Shown here: positions 48,961 through 61,762 of the stretch, one piece after another
Position numbering within the stretch: position 1 is the first letter of the stretch
Layout: each line of letters opens with the position of its first letter
Assembly: GCA_900088475.1 (NCBI GenBank)
Contig: FLMG01000914.1
Span: forward strand, 1-64,000
Reading direction: 5' to 3'
Source of the DNA: Hyphochytrium catenoides
Lineage: Eukaryota > Protista > Hyphochytriomycota
Length of the DNA stretch: 64,000 nt
The notes under the pieces: model-generated
Told to the model about the DNA's origin: nothing
What the model saw: only the letters and a program-made list of their open reading frames with translations
Databases searched by the model: none
Program-made: the position numbers and the translations under genes

Positions 48961-50726
48961 AGCTTCTTGGGTTGCTAAAAGAAATGACCTTTGCCGTCAA
49001 AGACGGCAGCAGGAGAGGCTGTGAATGCTGGCCACACAAGAGAGCGTTAGACACAGCTAGGTTGCATTAGATCTATGATAGGCCGCTTCCGCTGCAAAAG
49101 CTCAAACTCTTAAAGCGTCGATGCATCCGGAAGATATGACAACTGCCACCTAGAACTGACAAGAGGGGCCATGTGATTTATAGCCGTACGGTATCCACTT
49201 TTATACCTGAGTCCATCCAAAGGTGTCCTTCCTTCGGCTGACCTATCCCCTGAGTAGGATTTATAATAAGAGCCATTATCTTATTAAACGTGACTTTGAC
49301 AAGGAAACCGGTATCAAACAAGTGATTGCTCGGTGTAAGCAAGGACACTATTGGCGGCGAAGACAATCACTGCTTCTTCCATGGTTACAGACCATCAAGC
49401 GCTTGTCTCTTGGCTTGTCTCCTTGTCGCGTATCCCCTTGGCGTATGCGCCGATACGTTTGAAGCTTTGACTGAACGAGATGAGTCCTCGTCCTAAATAA
49501 GGCTAACATTTTTATTGAAGAAAGGGAAGTCCATATAGCTGTGTGTGTGTCTGAATTGTTTAGGTGCTCATAGTGTAGGATACCCTACTGGCATGGCACT
49601 CGCCAATAATTGAATCCACTCAAGAAGTAATCATGCTCTTGGGCTCAGGCATGACAAGCGTAGGAAGTACCGTGGTAGGTAATCTGTCATGGGGCTCAAG
49701 GACCGAATCTGGACCCTTTCTGACTCCTGGAGATAATAATAGCTCTCAAGATACCATCAAGAATGTGTTCGAACATTCTACCTGGTGAATCAGGCAGCAC
49801 GATCTCACCATCATAATATGCTAAAAGGCGACTCCCTAAGATTCAGGTAACTGCTTTGTCAAGAGCCTTGCCACTTGATGAATCAAGCGAAGGTTACGGC
49901 TGAAGAGGTTGTCGTCAAGGCTGGAAAAACCGTAGTGCTGGATCTCATTTTTACTTTCTTGTTTAGGTCTGGAAAGTGAAGTCCTGCTGGCCTGGTTTTC
50001 TTGTCTTCTGTGCAGTGGCCTGCGACAGATATCTCATAGCACTTACATGGCGCTGTGCCAGTCTAGGCAATCAAGCTGATGAAGAGCTAGGTAGCAGCGT
50101 GAACTACTATCTTTGACTGTCGACAGATACATATCTACCAGCCTTCCTTATCAATGAATGAAAAAGAGAACTTAATACCTGCTAATTCCCGATGGCGTTT
50201 TAAAGTACGAAGCAATGCAGTGGTGTCTCTATAACAGACTTTGCCTTTAGTTTGGGGAAGATATAGACTAGAAGAGGAAAAGCGACCGACTTAAGAGACA
50301 CACCATCCGTACCTATTCGCCATCACCTTTAGAAGATGATGAGTGATGATGCTGGAGCCTCCTGTCCAAACTGCTCGCTGAACCTTCATTCAACTCTGGA
50401 GAGCTTTACTCCGCCGCCGGAGACCTTTCGTTTATCCTTTTGTCAGCAGAGTAACTCAGCTCGGTGCTCGTGTGCTGGATTCTCCCCTTGATTGCTGCTA
50501 AGCGCTGCTGTCTGGTCCTGACAGGAAAGGGGATCGCTCTCATCCAAGAAATCCTCTTGTGGCTCCCCCCCTCTTACCCTTCAGATCTGGTGCGCTTCTG
50601 CCAATGACATGCTGCCTTGAGATTGTTCCTTTCTCTCTTTCTTTCCCTCGTCAGATCTCTCCTATTGCTTGTCTCTTCTCAGGCTGTTGCTGCTTGCTGC
50701 TGCTGCTGATTCTTCATTCATCCTGC

Positions 50727-50727
<1 letters not shown>

Positions 50728-50760
<33 letters not shown>
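50728..50760. repeat. (GCT)11 trinucleotide microsatellite
   Basis: Direct reading. Confidence 0.95.
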
Positions 50761-50764
<4 letters not shown>

Positions 50765-51169
50765 GAGCGGAGGAAGCCAATGAAGGACCGTTGGAGGCAA
50801 CAAAAGAAGCTGATGGATTGTTCAGATTTAGGAGGCCGCTAACGGCCTTGTGTGAAGGGACATTTAATGTTTAGGTGGGTGGGATATGCGTTTTAGTGAT
50901 GAGGTAAATACTGTGTATGAGGTGGGAGAGATGGGTGGGCGCTAGCTGGATTGAGAGAGCCTTCCTAGATTTACCGAAACATTCGCCGGATTCTGATGCG
51001 TACACGGCGGATAGAGTCGAAGGCGATCATAGGGCATCACTCAATCCTTAACCGTATGAGGCACAAGGAAGGTCAGCCGAGATGATGTTCAAGGCGGATT
51101 GTGGATCTTTGGGTGCAAGGTTATCTCTCTCTCCTCTCTCTCTCTCTCTCGCTCTCTCTGTCTCTCTCT

Positions 51170-51234
<65 letters not shown>

Positions 51235-51687
51235 GTCCTTTCGGTCTCTCTCTCCTCTAGCTCTTCTCCCTCTCGTTTGCTCTGAATCCGAAACTTCCTC
51301 TTCTTTCTCTCTCACCTCACGCCTAGTTCTTTCCCTCGACTCCCTCTCTTCCCTCTCTCTCTCTTTTCTCATCGAGCTCTTTCCTCGTCCCAACGACTTC
51401 CTCCCTCTCCTTATCTGCCAACGTCTCGCATCCTGATGCTTCTGAATCAGCAGTGGCTCGTACTCTCTCCTGCCTCCTTTACCCTTACCTGTCACCCTCT
51501 CTCTTGTTCCCACTCTTCACCGGCTGATCCTCATCACTCTCCAAACTGCCTTTCAACCCGCGCGGCTCTCTTCCTAATTCCCCACGGACCATAGAAAAGA
51601 GGAAAGCAAGGCGGCGTGCGGCAAGAGAGAGGAAAGAGATAGACAGCGGAAAGAGGAAAGACCCACACAGCAGCAGGTGATAAGACC

Positions 51688-54600
51688 ATGGCTTCGAGCA
51701 GTTCAAGCTTCGGAGAGAGTGTGATCCGCCTGGCGCCTAACACATTCATCCACGTCCTGGACACCAACACCAATGTCACGCGCGTTGTCAGCGGGCCGCT
51801 CACCTTCACGCGCCAGGTTAGAGATTGTCGCCGCAGCTGGAAAGGCGGACAATGATTCTTTGGTCCTTGCTAGAGATCGTGATCCTTCTCTTGGCTCTAT
51901 AGCGCCTTCCTTCGGGTTCAGCTCTCTTTCCTAGCGGCGCTGCCTTGATCCGGTTTTACCTCTTTGCAATGTTATATCTACTGACTCCGTTGTGAGGAGT
52001 CGTAGAACTTTTCAGTTTGCCCAAACGCGCATCTTCCTCTGCTCTCTCTTCCCCTCTGTCTCTCTTCTCTCTTTCTCTCTTCCCCCTCTCTTTTCTCTCC
52101 TGTCTCCTCTCCGCTGTTCGATTTTGAGTGTTCTCTCTTGGTGGTCGAGGGCCTTCACTCTCTCTGTTGGGACAACCCTATATATCGCCTTCTGCCCTCT
52201 TCCAGTGGCCCTTATTCATCTCTCTCTTCTCTATGTGTCGCTGTCGCTCTCTCTCTCTCTCTTTCTCCAACTCCGATGCTTGATACAGGAACATGAGCGC
52301 ATTGTTCTTCCTCCAACTCCGATGCTTACTCTGCCGGCTCGCCACTACGTTGTCATCGGCAATCCTGTCCTCAGAGATGAGAAGGGAGAGCCACTGAAGG
52401 ATAAGTTTGGGCAGATCAAGCTCAAGCATGGAGACCTCGAGGTCTGTGCCAAACTCCATGCACTCGCCTCTCTACACTGCTTTATAGTCNNNNNNNNNNN
52501 NNNNNNNNNNNNNNNNNNNNNTCTCTATCCTTTGCCCTCTCTCTCTCTCTGTCTTTCTCTCTGTCTCTCTGTCTGTCTCTCTTTCTCTCGCACTTTGGTT
52601 GGTCTTCTTTATTGGTCCGATCGTGCATGGGCTGACTCCTTGTTCTTCTTCTTCTCTATCTTCCTCTCTCTCATCGCCAGGTCCGGCTCTCCGACCAGTA
52701 CTCTGAGCCTTTCCCTCTGTATCCGGGAGAGTATCAAGCCTCTCCCCAGATCGAAAGGCTGCGGGTGATCGAGGCAAACGCGGCGCTGCGGATCAAGGCG
52801 ACCAGAGACTTTGAGGCGAGCGAGGGGCTCAGAAGAGCTGCCGGCGATGAATGGCTTTTCTCAGGACCAGGTCTTCTTACCACCCACCCGCTATATGTCA
52901 TTCCCCTCTCTCACTCTCTCACTCTCTCTCTNNNNNNNNNNNNNNNNNNNNNNNNNNNNNNNNNNNNNNNNNNNNNNNNNNNNNNNNTCGTTGTCTCTCT
53001 CTCTCTTATTTGTTTTTGTTATTCTTTCTCTTACTTTCTCTCTTTCTCTCCCTGTCTAGCTGTTTGTCTCTATGCACTAGCTCTTGGTTAGCTCTGACCT
53101 GCCGTCCCCTTCTCCTCTCTTCCGTTTATGGGAGTCTAGACAAAGCTAACATTTTAGCGCCGTTCAGGAACTTATATCCCTCGGGTAGAGGAGGAAGTCC
53201 TCGAGACAGTGAAGGCCATTATCGTGGAACAGAACCAAGCGCTTCGGCTCAGAGCCCGAAAGGAATGTGTGGACGGTAGGGGAAGACGCCGACGCCATGC
53301 TTTTCCTAGTCTATCCCCGTCTGTTTTGTATACTCTCCGTGTGATGGTTGGCTTGCTTCTTCTCAGGCTTGGCTTAGCTCCTCGTCTGAGCAGGCCTCCA
53401 TCTTCGGGTCTGGTCACTTTATGCCGTAGAGAAGCTCATTGTTCTTCTTCTCTCATCTTATTTATTCTGATTCCTCAGCTAAAGGGACCAAGAGAAAAAC
53501 TGGTGAGGAGTGGCTTGTTCGAGAGCCAGGAGCTTATCTTCCCACTGTAGAGGAGGAGCTGGTATGCAAGCTCTCCGCGATAATCCTTACGGAGAGGACA
53601 GCGCTGCACCTTCGCGCCACGCGGACCTTCGACGATGTCTATGGGAAAAAAAGGTATTCAGATACTCTTGTTAACGTTCCTCTCGCTGTTGGCATCATCT
53701 ATGCGTTGTCCCATGTTGGCGTGTTCTCTTCCCTTCCGTCGCTTTGTTCTGCCCCTCTGGTTTGACCTGCCTCTGACCTTATGGCAGACGAGCGGGAGAG
53801 GAATGGCTGGTGACCAACGCGATGGCCGAGACACACGTCCTGGATGTATTCGAAGAGGTGATTGGGGACGGGATCGTCGACATCACAACCTTAACAAACA
53901 GACAGTTCTGCGTGGTACGTAGTTAAGGCTTCCCGTTGCCATAGCAAATGGAGCCTTCGTGCTATTGTTCGGTCGTCGTAGTTCTTGGACTGGTGCATCT
54001 GCGCAGAATTTGTCTGGCCTCTGTCTCTCCCTCTTGGTCTCATTCTCATTGCTTCTCTCTTCTCTGTCTGTTCTTTGGTATCTCTAATTGTCTCTTTACT
54101 CTCTATTTGGTCTATTCAACCACCCTCTGTCTTTGCCTTCCAGTCTTCCTGTCTTGCTCCTCACTCTTTCGGCTTGTCTCCCCTCTGTACTTCTCTCCCG
54201 CTGTACCATAACTGTCTCTCCCGGGTAGGTTGTCGATCCATTCGTGGACGGTGTTCAGCGCCTAGGGACCTGGCAGCTTCGTCAAGGAGAGCAGACCTTC
54301 TTTCTGCAGCCTGGAGAAAGACTTCTCAACGGCATTGAAGAAGTTCTTGTCTTGGGAGATGACGAGGCGGTGCTCTTGCAAGCGCGAGAGGCCTTTATCG
54401 ACACCAATCCTAAGGGTTCCAAGGCGATCTGTGGGCAGGGTGTGAAGACAAAGAAGGAAGGAGAGAAGGAGATGGCCTCTGACAGTGTCGTGCGCAGACC
54501 AGGAGATAGGTGGATGATCTATGGACCCTGCGAGTATATTCCGCCGGTAGAGGTACGAATCAATAGTTCTTTCTCCCTCCTCCTTCTCTCTCTTTCTCTC

Positions 54601-54755
54601 TCTTCCGTGTGTGTCTCTCGCTTGCTTCTTTCTCTCTCTCGTCCTCTCTCTCTCTCTCTCTCTCNNNNNNNNNNNNNNNNNNNNNNNNNNNNNNNNNNNN
54701 NNNNNNNNNNNNNNNNNNNNNNNNNNNNNNNNNNNNNNNNNNNNNNNNNNNNNNN

Positions 54756-54787
<32 letters not shown>

Positions 54788-55850
54788 TGCTTGCTTGCTT
54801 CCCATGTTCCGTTCAATATCATCCTTTTCGTGCTCTCCTCTCCCTTTCGCCCTTATAGGTGAAGCTGGTAGAGACACGAAAGGCCATTCCTCTTGATGAG
54901 AATGAAGGCGTCTATGTGCGGGACATAAAGACTGGTCAAGTGCGCGCCGTAATTGGGAAGACGTACATGCTGCAGCCAAGCGAAGAATTATGGGAGAAGG
55001 AATTGCCTGAGGAGGTTAGACTTGGACCCTGGCGTCCTTTCCGCTCTTCTTCTACCCGCTGTCGCCCGTCTCTTGCTTCAAAAGACTTTTGCTCGAGTCC
55101 GCGCATTGCCTTTTGCGCTTCAAGGTCTTCTCCTTGCTCTTTTCTATTCTTCTCCCTTCTGGACTAGCCCTTCTTCTTTCTCTTCATTTCTCTCATCCTG
55201 TCAGTCTCCCTTTTCCAGGTTGAGGAGCTGCTAGCTCAGCAGGCAAATGGAGCGACTGTGTACGTGGAGCCCCGAAACGCGCAAGGACACTGGAACCTGA
55301 AGAAAGAACAACCCACGAAACCACGAGATAAGACCAAGGTACAGAGAGTCTTTTGAGAGAAAAGCGCAGGAAAGATAAATTATACATAGATAGAAAGGGA
55401 ACAAAGAGAGCCAAAGTAAAGAAACTCACACCTACAGAAGAGAGAAACAGAGAAACAGAGAAAGATTGTAGAGACTTCAGGTTCTTCAGGGTAGAAAGAG
55501 AAAGAGCATTCCAAAGCATCAGTGATCCCACTCATGATCGGTTTATCTTTATCCTGCCAGGTCGTCAGCTTCCGGGTTCCCCACAATGCGGCGATGCAGG
55601 TTGACAAACGACTTGACTTTGTCCTCTGGATCTTCGGTTAACCTTGAAGATCCTCTGTCTCTCAGGTTTATGACTATAAACGCAAGGAGAGCCGTATCTC
55701 CTTCGGTCCATCTCTCGTGATGCTGGGACCTGATGAGCAGTTTACAATCCTTCGCCTGTCTGGTGATAAGCCCAAGCGGCCGAAGGTAAGGCCCAATCAG
55801 CGTCACGCAGTTCAGATATGGCGCAGAAACATCTCTGAATTCTGACCTTG

Positions 55851-55903
<53 letters not shown>

Positions 55904-56635
55904 CACACCACACACACACAGGTTATCCATACTCTCTGTCTGCAGCTAGGCCCAGACTTCATGACGGACATTGTCAACGTTGAGACTTCTGACCATGCAC
56001 GCCTGCAGCTGACGCTCGCCTACAACTGGCAGGTGAGGCGTCTGTGACTACTTCTTGAGGAAGAAAAGTTTAAAATAGAGCGACATGAGGGGGAGACGCT
56101 CTATGAAATGTCGCACATGACACAGAACCAATCTATCTCTCCCGCCAAACACAGCTGTAACATAGTTTCTTCGCTGTCTCTGCAGTTCGATGTGGACAGG
56201 ACCTCTGAGACCAGTGCCGCAGCAATATTTAACGTGAGAGACTTCGTGGGTGATGCCTGCAAGTCTCTGGCCTCCAGAGTGAGAGGAGCGGTGGCCAGCG
56301 AGAGGTATCCGCTACATTCCTTTCTCATTCACTTACAGCAGTATCTCTTCCCCAGTCTTTCTACTCTTTCCTCGCTCTTTTTCTGATTTAAACTTCTCTC
56401 TCTCTCTCTTCCCCTTCGTCGCCGTTTCCCCCGCTTCTTCTCTCGTCTCCCTTATTATCTCTCTCTTTCTCTCTTAAACCCCTCCCCATAACATCTCCGT
56501 TGCTCAGCTTTGATCACTTCCATAAGAAGTCTGCTGCCATTATTCACGGCGCCATTTTCGGCCTGGATGAAAGTGGCAAGATCCGGGATCATCTTACGTT
56601 TCCTAACAATAGACTGGTAAGCCATCTTCTCTCTG

Positions 56636-56672
<37 letters not shown>

Positions 56673-56744
56673 TGTTCCTTTGTGTCTCTCTCTCTGTGGT
56701 CTCAATTATCTGCCTCCCTCTCCTGTCTTTGTCTTTGTCTTTTT

Positions 56745-56795
<51 letters not shown>

Positions 56796-56843
56796 TTCTG
56801 NNNNNNNNNNNNNNNNNNNNNNNNNNNNNNNNNNNNNTCTCTC

Positions 56844-56908
<65 letters not shown>

Positions 56909-58414
56909 ACACTATCCATCCCTATTTGCCCTCTGTTCCACGCTCGATGGCACCAATAAGCCTGTTTGTCTTACTTTGGGTTTTGCCAAGGGCTCTTCTT
57001 GCTCTCTCTCTCTTCTGGTGCTGGCTGCCTACATGTCTCTTCCCTCTTTTGTGTCTTTCGATGTCTCGCTATGCGGTACTTAGGTGATCACCAACGTGGA
57101 CATACAAGCTGTAGACCCGGTAGATGCCAAGACGAGAGAAAGTCTCCAGAAGTCAGTTCAGGTATGGCTTCCTAGAAACTTCACGGCGCCACTTTTCCTC
57201 CTCTCATAACAATCTCTCTCTCTCTCTTTTTTCTCTCTCTCTCTCTCTCTCTCTCTCGCTTTATCTCTCTCTCTCTCTCTTTTTCTCGCGCTCTCTCTCT
57301 CTGTGCCTCCCTGTCTTAGCTGGCGATTGAAATAACTACAAAGAGTCAAGAGGCCCGTGCGCAAGCTGAGGCTCAGAGAGAGGAGGAAGAGGCAATGGGT
57401 TCTCTCCAAAGACAAAGGATTCAGAACGAGAGTGAGGCGGAGGCGGCCAAGAAAGAGCTGCTGCAGCTGCAGTCAGAGACCGCAGTCGTCAAGGCCTCAG
57501 GAGAGGCTCTGGCAATGGCCAAGGCCAAAGCGATGGTAAGGCCCTTTCTTGCACCTTGCGTCGGCATGTACGCTTTGTGCTATTCTTTTGTCTCTCTCTT
57601 TCTCTCTCTTTCCTATCTCTCTTTCTCTCTCTCTCTCTCTCTCTCCTCTTTCTCATAAGAATTTCTATGTCTCTTCAGGCGCTGGAAATTGAAGGCCAAG
57701 CAAGTGTAAAGAACGCTCAGCTGAAGGCCGAGGCTGAGTCAATCGCCAGCGAGGCTGAGCTGAACATGATGAAGGCGAGGTCTAAGGTAGAGCTGGAGCA
57801 CCAGCGCCTGATGAATGAACTGGAGATCAATAAGGCCAAGCAGATCGGAGAGATAGAGGTAATGTTACTCTCTCTCTCGCTGTCCTTACGTTCTCTCTCT
57901 TGCTTTCACAGACATACACGCTTACCCTATCTCTCTCCGATCCGTTTTGCCGGCCTCTCTCTCTTTCAAATTTTATCTATGGCTATGACTTCAGTCTTCC
58001 CTGTGCTTTGCCTGTCTTCTTCCACTTCAGATCACTATATTGAGCATCTAAGGTCTCTCCGCCCACTGTCATCGGTGGCTGTACATCTTGGCCTCTCTCT
58101 CTCTCTCTCTNNNNNNNNNNNNNNNNNNNNNNNNNNNNNNNNNNNNNNNNNNNNCTCTCTCTCGCTCTCTCTCTCTCTCTCTCTAGGTGGCCAAGTTCAG
58201 TGCCATGGTGCAAGCCCTCGGTCCCTCTACGCTTGTGGAGATGGCTCGGGCTGGCCCCGATGCGCAGGCTCAGCTCCTCCAAGGTCTGGGTCTGCAGGGT
58301 TTTCTGATCACCGACGGAAAGACGCCAATCAATCTTCTTCAGACGGCGAGCGGGATGGTGGCCCCTCCTACTCTGCCAGTGAGAGGAGCAGCCGGCCCTG
58401 CCAGTGCCCAGTAA
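51688..58414 (+). CDS. MVP: Major vault protein, many exons
   Basis: [50 protein letters not shown], vault repeats [16 protein letters not shown] / [39 protein letters not shown], shoulder [36 protein letters not shown], cap helix, and [19 protein letters not shown]. Confidence 0.97.
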
Positions 58415-59000
58415 CCCTTCCTCTCCTTTATCCTTTCTCTCTCTCGCTTTCTATGTTACTCTCTCGTCGTTCTGTCTGTCTGATAGGGCCGGTAAGCGCA
58501 GAGATGTACACATTAATCTATAAAGTCATAGCTGTCACTCGTGCACGGTTCAGAGCCCTTGACTCTCTCTCTCTCTCATAGTGACTAAGGTCGCTCCTGT
58601 CCTGCATCAGTCTCTTTCTCTCTTCCGCTGTCTCTCCCCTGTGTTTACCCTTCTCTTATGAGCATGATATCTTTCTGTGCATGCCACTTTACTAAATATC
58701 AGCTCTGATAGGACCAACTGGCAGCACTCTCTTTCTTCAACCCTCTCGTCTTTCTCTCTCTCTTTTGTTCCCTTTCTATCTCTTCTCCCCTTCTCGTCTC
58801 TTTCATTCTCTCTCTCCTCTCTTCCTCACTCTCTCCCGCAGTAACACAAGTACCTTATAGAAGTAGAGCACTTATGGCAGCAATCACGGGTAGGAAAGCG
58901 CCGGACTGGAAGAAGTTGAGGTTGGCACTGATGGAAAATGGTGACTCTTCGTAGGGGCACAACAACTGATCTTGAAGGATGAGCACTTGATGTCCTATCA

Positions 59001-59054
<54 letters not shown>

Positions 59055-60445
59055 GGGAGCATCACACCCACCAAGAGCCTGATCGAGAGACAGAGAGAGA
59101 AACAGACAAAATGAAAGATAGACAAAGCAGGCAAGGAGGGAAAGAAGGTGAGAGAGAGAGAGAGAGAGAGGGACGAGAGAGACAAAGAGAGAGAGAGGAG
59201 GAGAGAGGTTGGCTCTGTGGTGGCTCTTCTCTTGGAAGAAATTTCTTCTCGTCCTGCTGCTGTCCTTTCTGTCCTCCCCCAGGACAGGAAGTAGCTGACT
59301 AGTTTAGTATACGCCTCACAAGGTGGGTGGGGGGCTATATTTTGCTATACTCGTGATAGATATTTGAACTTGGGGAAGTACATCAAGTATAGTGCCTACC
59401 CATCCCATGGCGGGCTACCTGTAGCCAATCACAGGTCACGGCCGTTGCGGCTGCGCCTTATTCTTAGCCAGAGCGCTAAAAATAGACCGAGCCATGAAAC
59501 AAACCAACAACCCTTCTGAAACATTCAGAGTTCCATCCACTTCGTATAGAGTTATACCAATGAATGAAACAAACAATTTGTTTCATGTTTCTCATTGTCA
59601 TGCACGAGCTACCCAAGATGCGGAACGATCTGAACCACCAAAAGTCTTCCCCGTCTTCCTAGCAGCTGTTTCTCCAACTCCCGTATCCCCAATAACCCTC
59701 CTCAACTTATTCAGTTCCCGAATAAACCTCTTATCATCCCGAATAATCACCCTATTGCGGCAGACTGATGGCCGGTCGGACGGCCGGCGCCGCGATTTCC
59801 GGTGCGAACATCAGACGAGAACTTCCCTTGCCAGACAGAGCCAGCGAGAGAGAGAGACGCCGCAGGTGTGGACAGACAGAGACGCATCGTGGTTAGGCTT
59901 TGCAGGTGCTTTGGATGGCGCAGAGGTGGGCCACACTGTCCTGTTATCCATAGAGATCTTGTCTGCTTGATAGTTTCTGAGCAGAAGGAAGGGGTACGCC
60001 AGGCCCTTGTACAGCGGTGTCCACTCGATTGGGGACGCTGGGCTCTGCGGTAGGAGAGCGCCAAGAAGAATCTTCCGTGGTGGCGGTTTGACTAGTCTGA
60101 GCGGGTCGGTCACTGAAGAACTTTCGGCGTTCCTAGAAGTAAAAGCGCGGCGATCAGTGGCGGCTGGCGGAGGTTTGAATAGCTCGAGGAGATTCTAAGT
60201 TGTGAGCAGCCATCAGTACAGACTGCTTGCAGACTCGGGCCGAGCTGCGCCAACATAGCGTTGAACACTTGGACCATCTTTGGAGAAAGTTGGACGCCTC
60301 AAAGGGCAGAGGAACCCAGCAACGCAATATACGCTCTATAGATTCATAGAATGACTCGTCGGTTATAAAGGAAGTTTGGTCTAAAAGCTAGACGCAGGGA
60401 TTGGAGTGAGCGAAGAGTGCCTCTTTATCTCTAAATCTCTCAACC

Positions 60446-61486
60446 ATGGCAACAATGGAACTGCGTAACATCCTATCACATCTCAAGCTGGCCTACCCAG
60501 CGGTCCTTACAGCGGGACCAGACCCTCATCAGACTCATTTAGCCTACAGAGTAGGCACCATCCCGGCTGTCTCCCATTTGAGAAAGAGAGCCTTCCAGGC
60601 CGTTTACGCAGAAGTCAGTGGTGCTACAAAGTATCTGGTTGCCCTATACGATGGCGTCCAGCTGTTCGTCGCAGGAGGCCTCGCGGGCGCTGTCAGCAGG
60701 ACCGTTACGGCCCCTATGGACAGAGTAAAAGTTGTCCTCCAGGCTGGAGCAGCTCCAAACTCTGGAAATGGGGCTATTCGCGGGGTGGTGCGAGATATTT
60801 ATCTAGACGGCGGTTGGCGTGCATTCTTTAAAGGAAATGGCGTGAATGTGCTGAAGATTGCACCTGAGACAGCGATCAAGTTCTATACAAACAACCATCT
60901 GACCGCACTCATCGCTTCTGATCTCTCCTCAATCTCTATCACGGAAAGGCTGGTGGCAGGCGCACTCACAGGCATCATCGCTCAGACCTCCATCTACCCG
61001 CTAGAGATCGTGAAGACAAGGCTAGCACTCTCTAAGAATGGAGAATATAGAGGAATTATGGGCTGCCTGAAGGGGACAGTGGCGAAGAACGGCGTCTCTG
61101 CTCTGTTTAGAGGCTATGTCCCATCTGTTGTGGGTATCATCCCATACGCAGGAGTAGAATTGGCGGTCTTTAACAGCTTAAAGGACTGGTACGATCGCCA
61201 GTACGGCGTCAAACCTTCGGTGCCAGCACTGCTGCTGTTTGGCTGCACGGCCAGCGTCTCTGGGCAGCTGGTGGCCTATCCTCTTAACCTTGTGCGTACC
61301 AAGATGCAGGCGCAAGGCATGCAAGGACGGCCAGTGGAGTACAAAGGCATGACAGACTGCTTTATGAAGGTGCTGAAGGCTCACGGTGTGAGGGGACTGT
61401 ACAGAGGGATCCTACCGGGCTTTGCAAAGACATTGCCAGCGATCAGTATCTCTTACACAGTCTTTGAAACTCTGAAGACGAAGTAA
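60446..61486 (+). CDS. Mitochondrial carrier (SLC25), ATP-Mg/Pi carrier (SCaMC/APC)-like, no EF-hands, intronless
   Basis: Three carrier repeats (APMDRVK, YPLEIVKTR, YPLNLVRTK); AGAVSRTVTAP, GNGVNVLKIAPETAIKF, GIIPYAG. Confidence 0.93.
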   Translation: MATMELRNILSHLKLAYPAVLTAGPDPHQTHLAYRVGTIPAVSHLRKRAFQAVYAEVSGATKYLVALYDGVQLFVAGGLAGAVSRTVTAPMDRVKVVLQAGAAPNSGNGAIRGVVRDIYLDGGWRAFFKGNGVNVLKIAPETAIKFYTNNHLTALIASDLSSISITERLVAGALTGIIAQTSIYPLEIVKTRLALSKNGEYRGIMGCLKGTVAKNGVSALFRGYVPSVVGIIPYAGVELAVFNSLKDWYDRQYGVKPSVPALLLFGCTASVSGQLVAYPLNLVRTKMQAQGMQGRPVEYKGMTDCFMKVLKAHGVRGLYRGILPGFAKTLPAISISYTVFETLKTK

Positions 61487-61762
61487 AAGAGAGGAGAGGA
61501 AAGGAAGATCCCAGCTCCAAGAGAACAGCAATGACGAAGAAGGTTAACTTTCTATTATTATTTATGCGGCGATGCCGCACAGAACTATTTATCTCCCGCA
61601 CTCTGTCCGTAGAGGAAAGGGAGGACGTTAGGCACTGAGTCTTTCTATTATTATCCCCATAATATAACATGATCAGTAGGAAAAATCCTGGATGATGCCG
61701 CCGCGGTGTCCCTCTCCACCTCTTGTCAATGACCTACGCTTCTCTCTATGTCTCTCGTTCTA

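Noticed and set aside
46800-50500. Short ORFs in microsatellite-poor DNA other than B3
   Set aside because: No recognisable motifs or coherent gene model; possibly decayed coding or mobile DNA, but unsupported
50559-50783. Poly-Cys ORF
   Set aside because: Translation of the (GCT)11 microsatellite
251-59302. Dozens of ORFs rich in LSLSLS or ERERER
   Set aside because: Translations of (CT)n/(AG)n microsatellites in introns and spacers; these repeats lack stop codons
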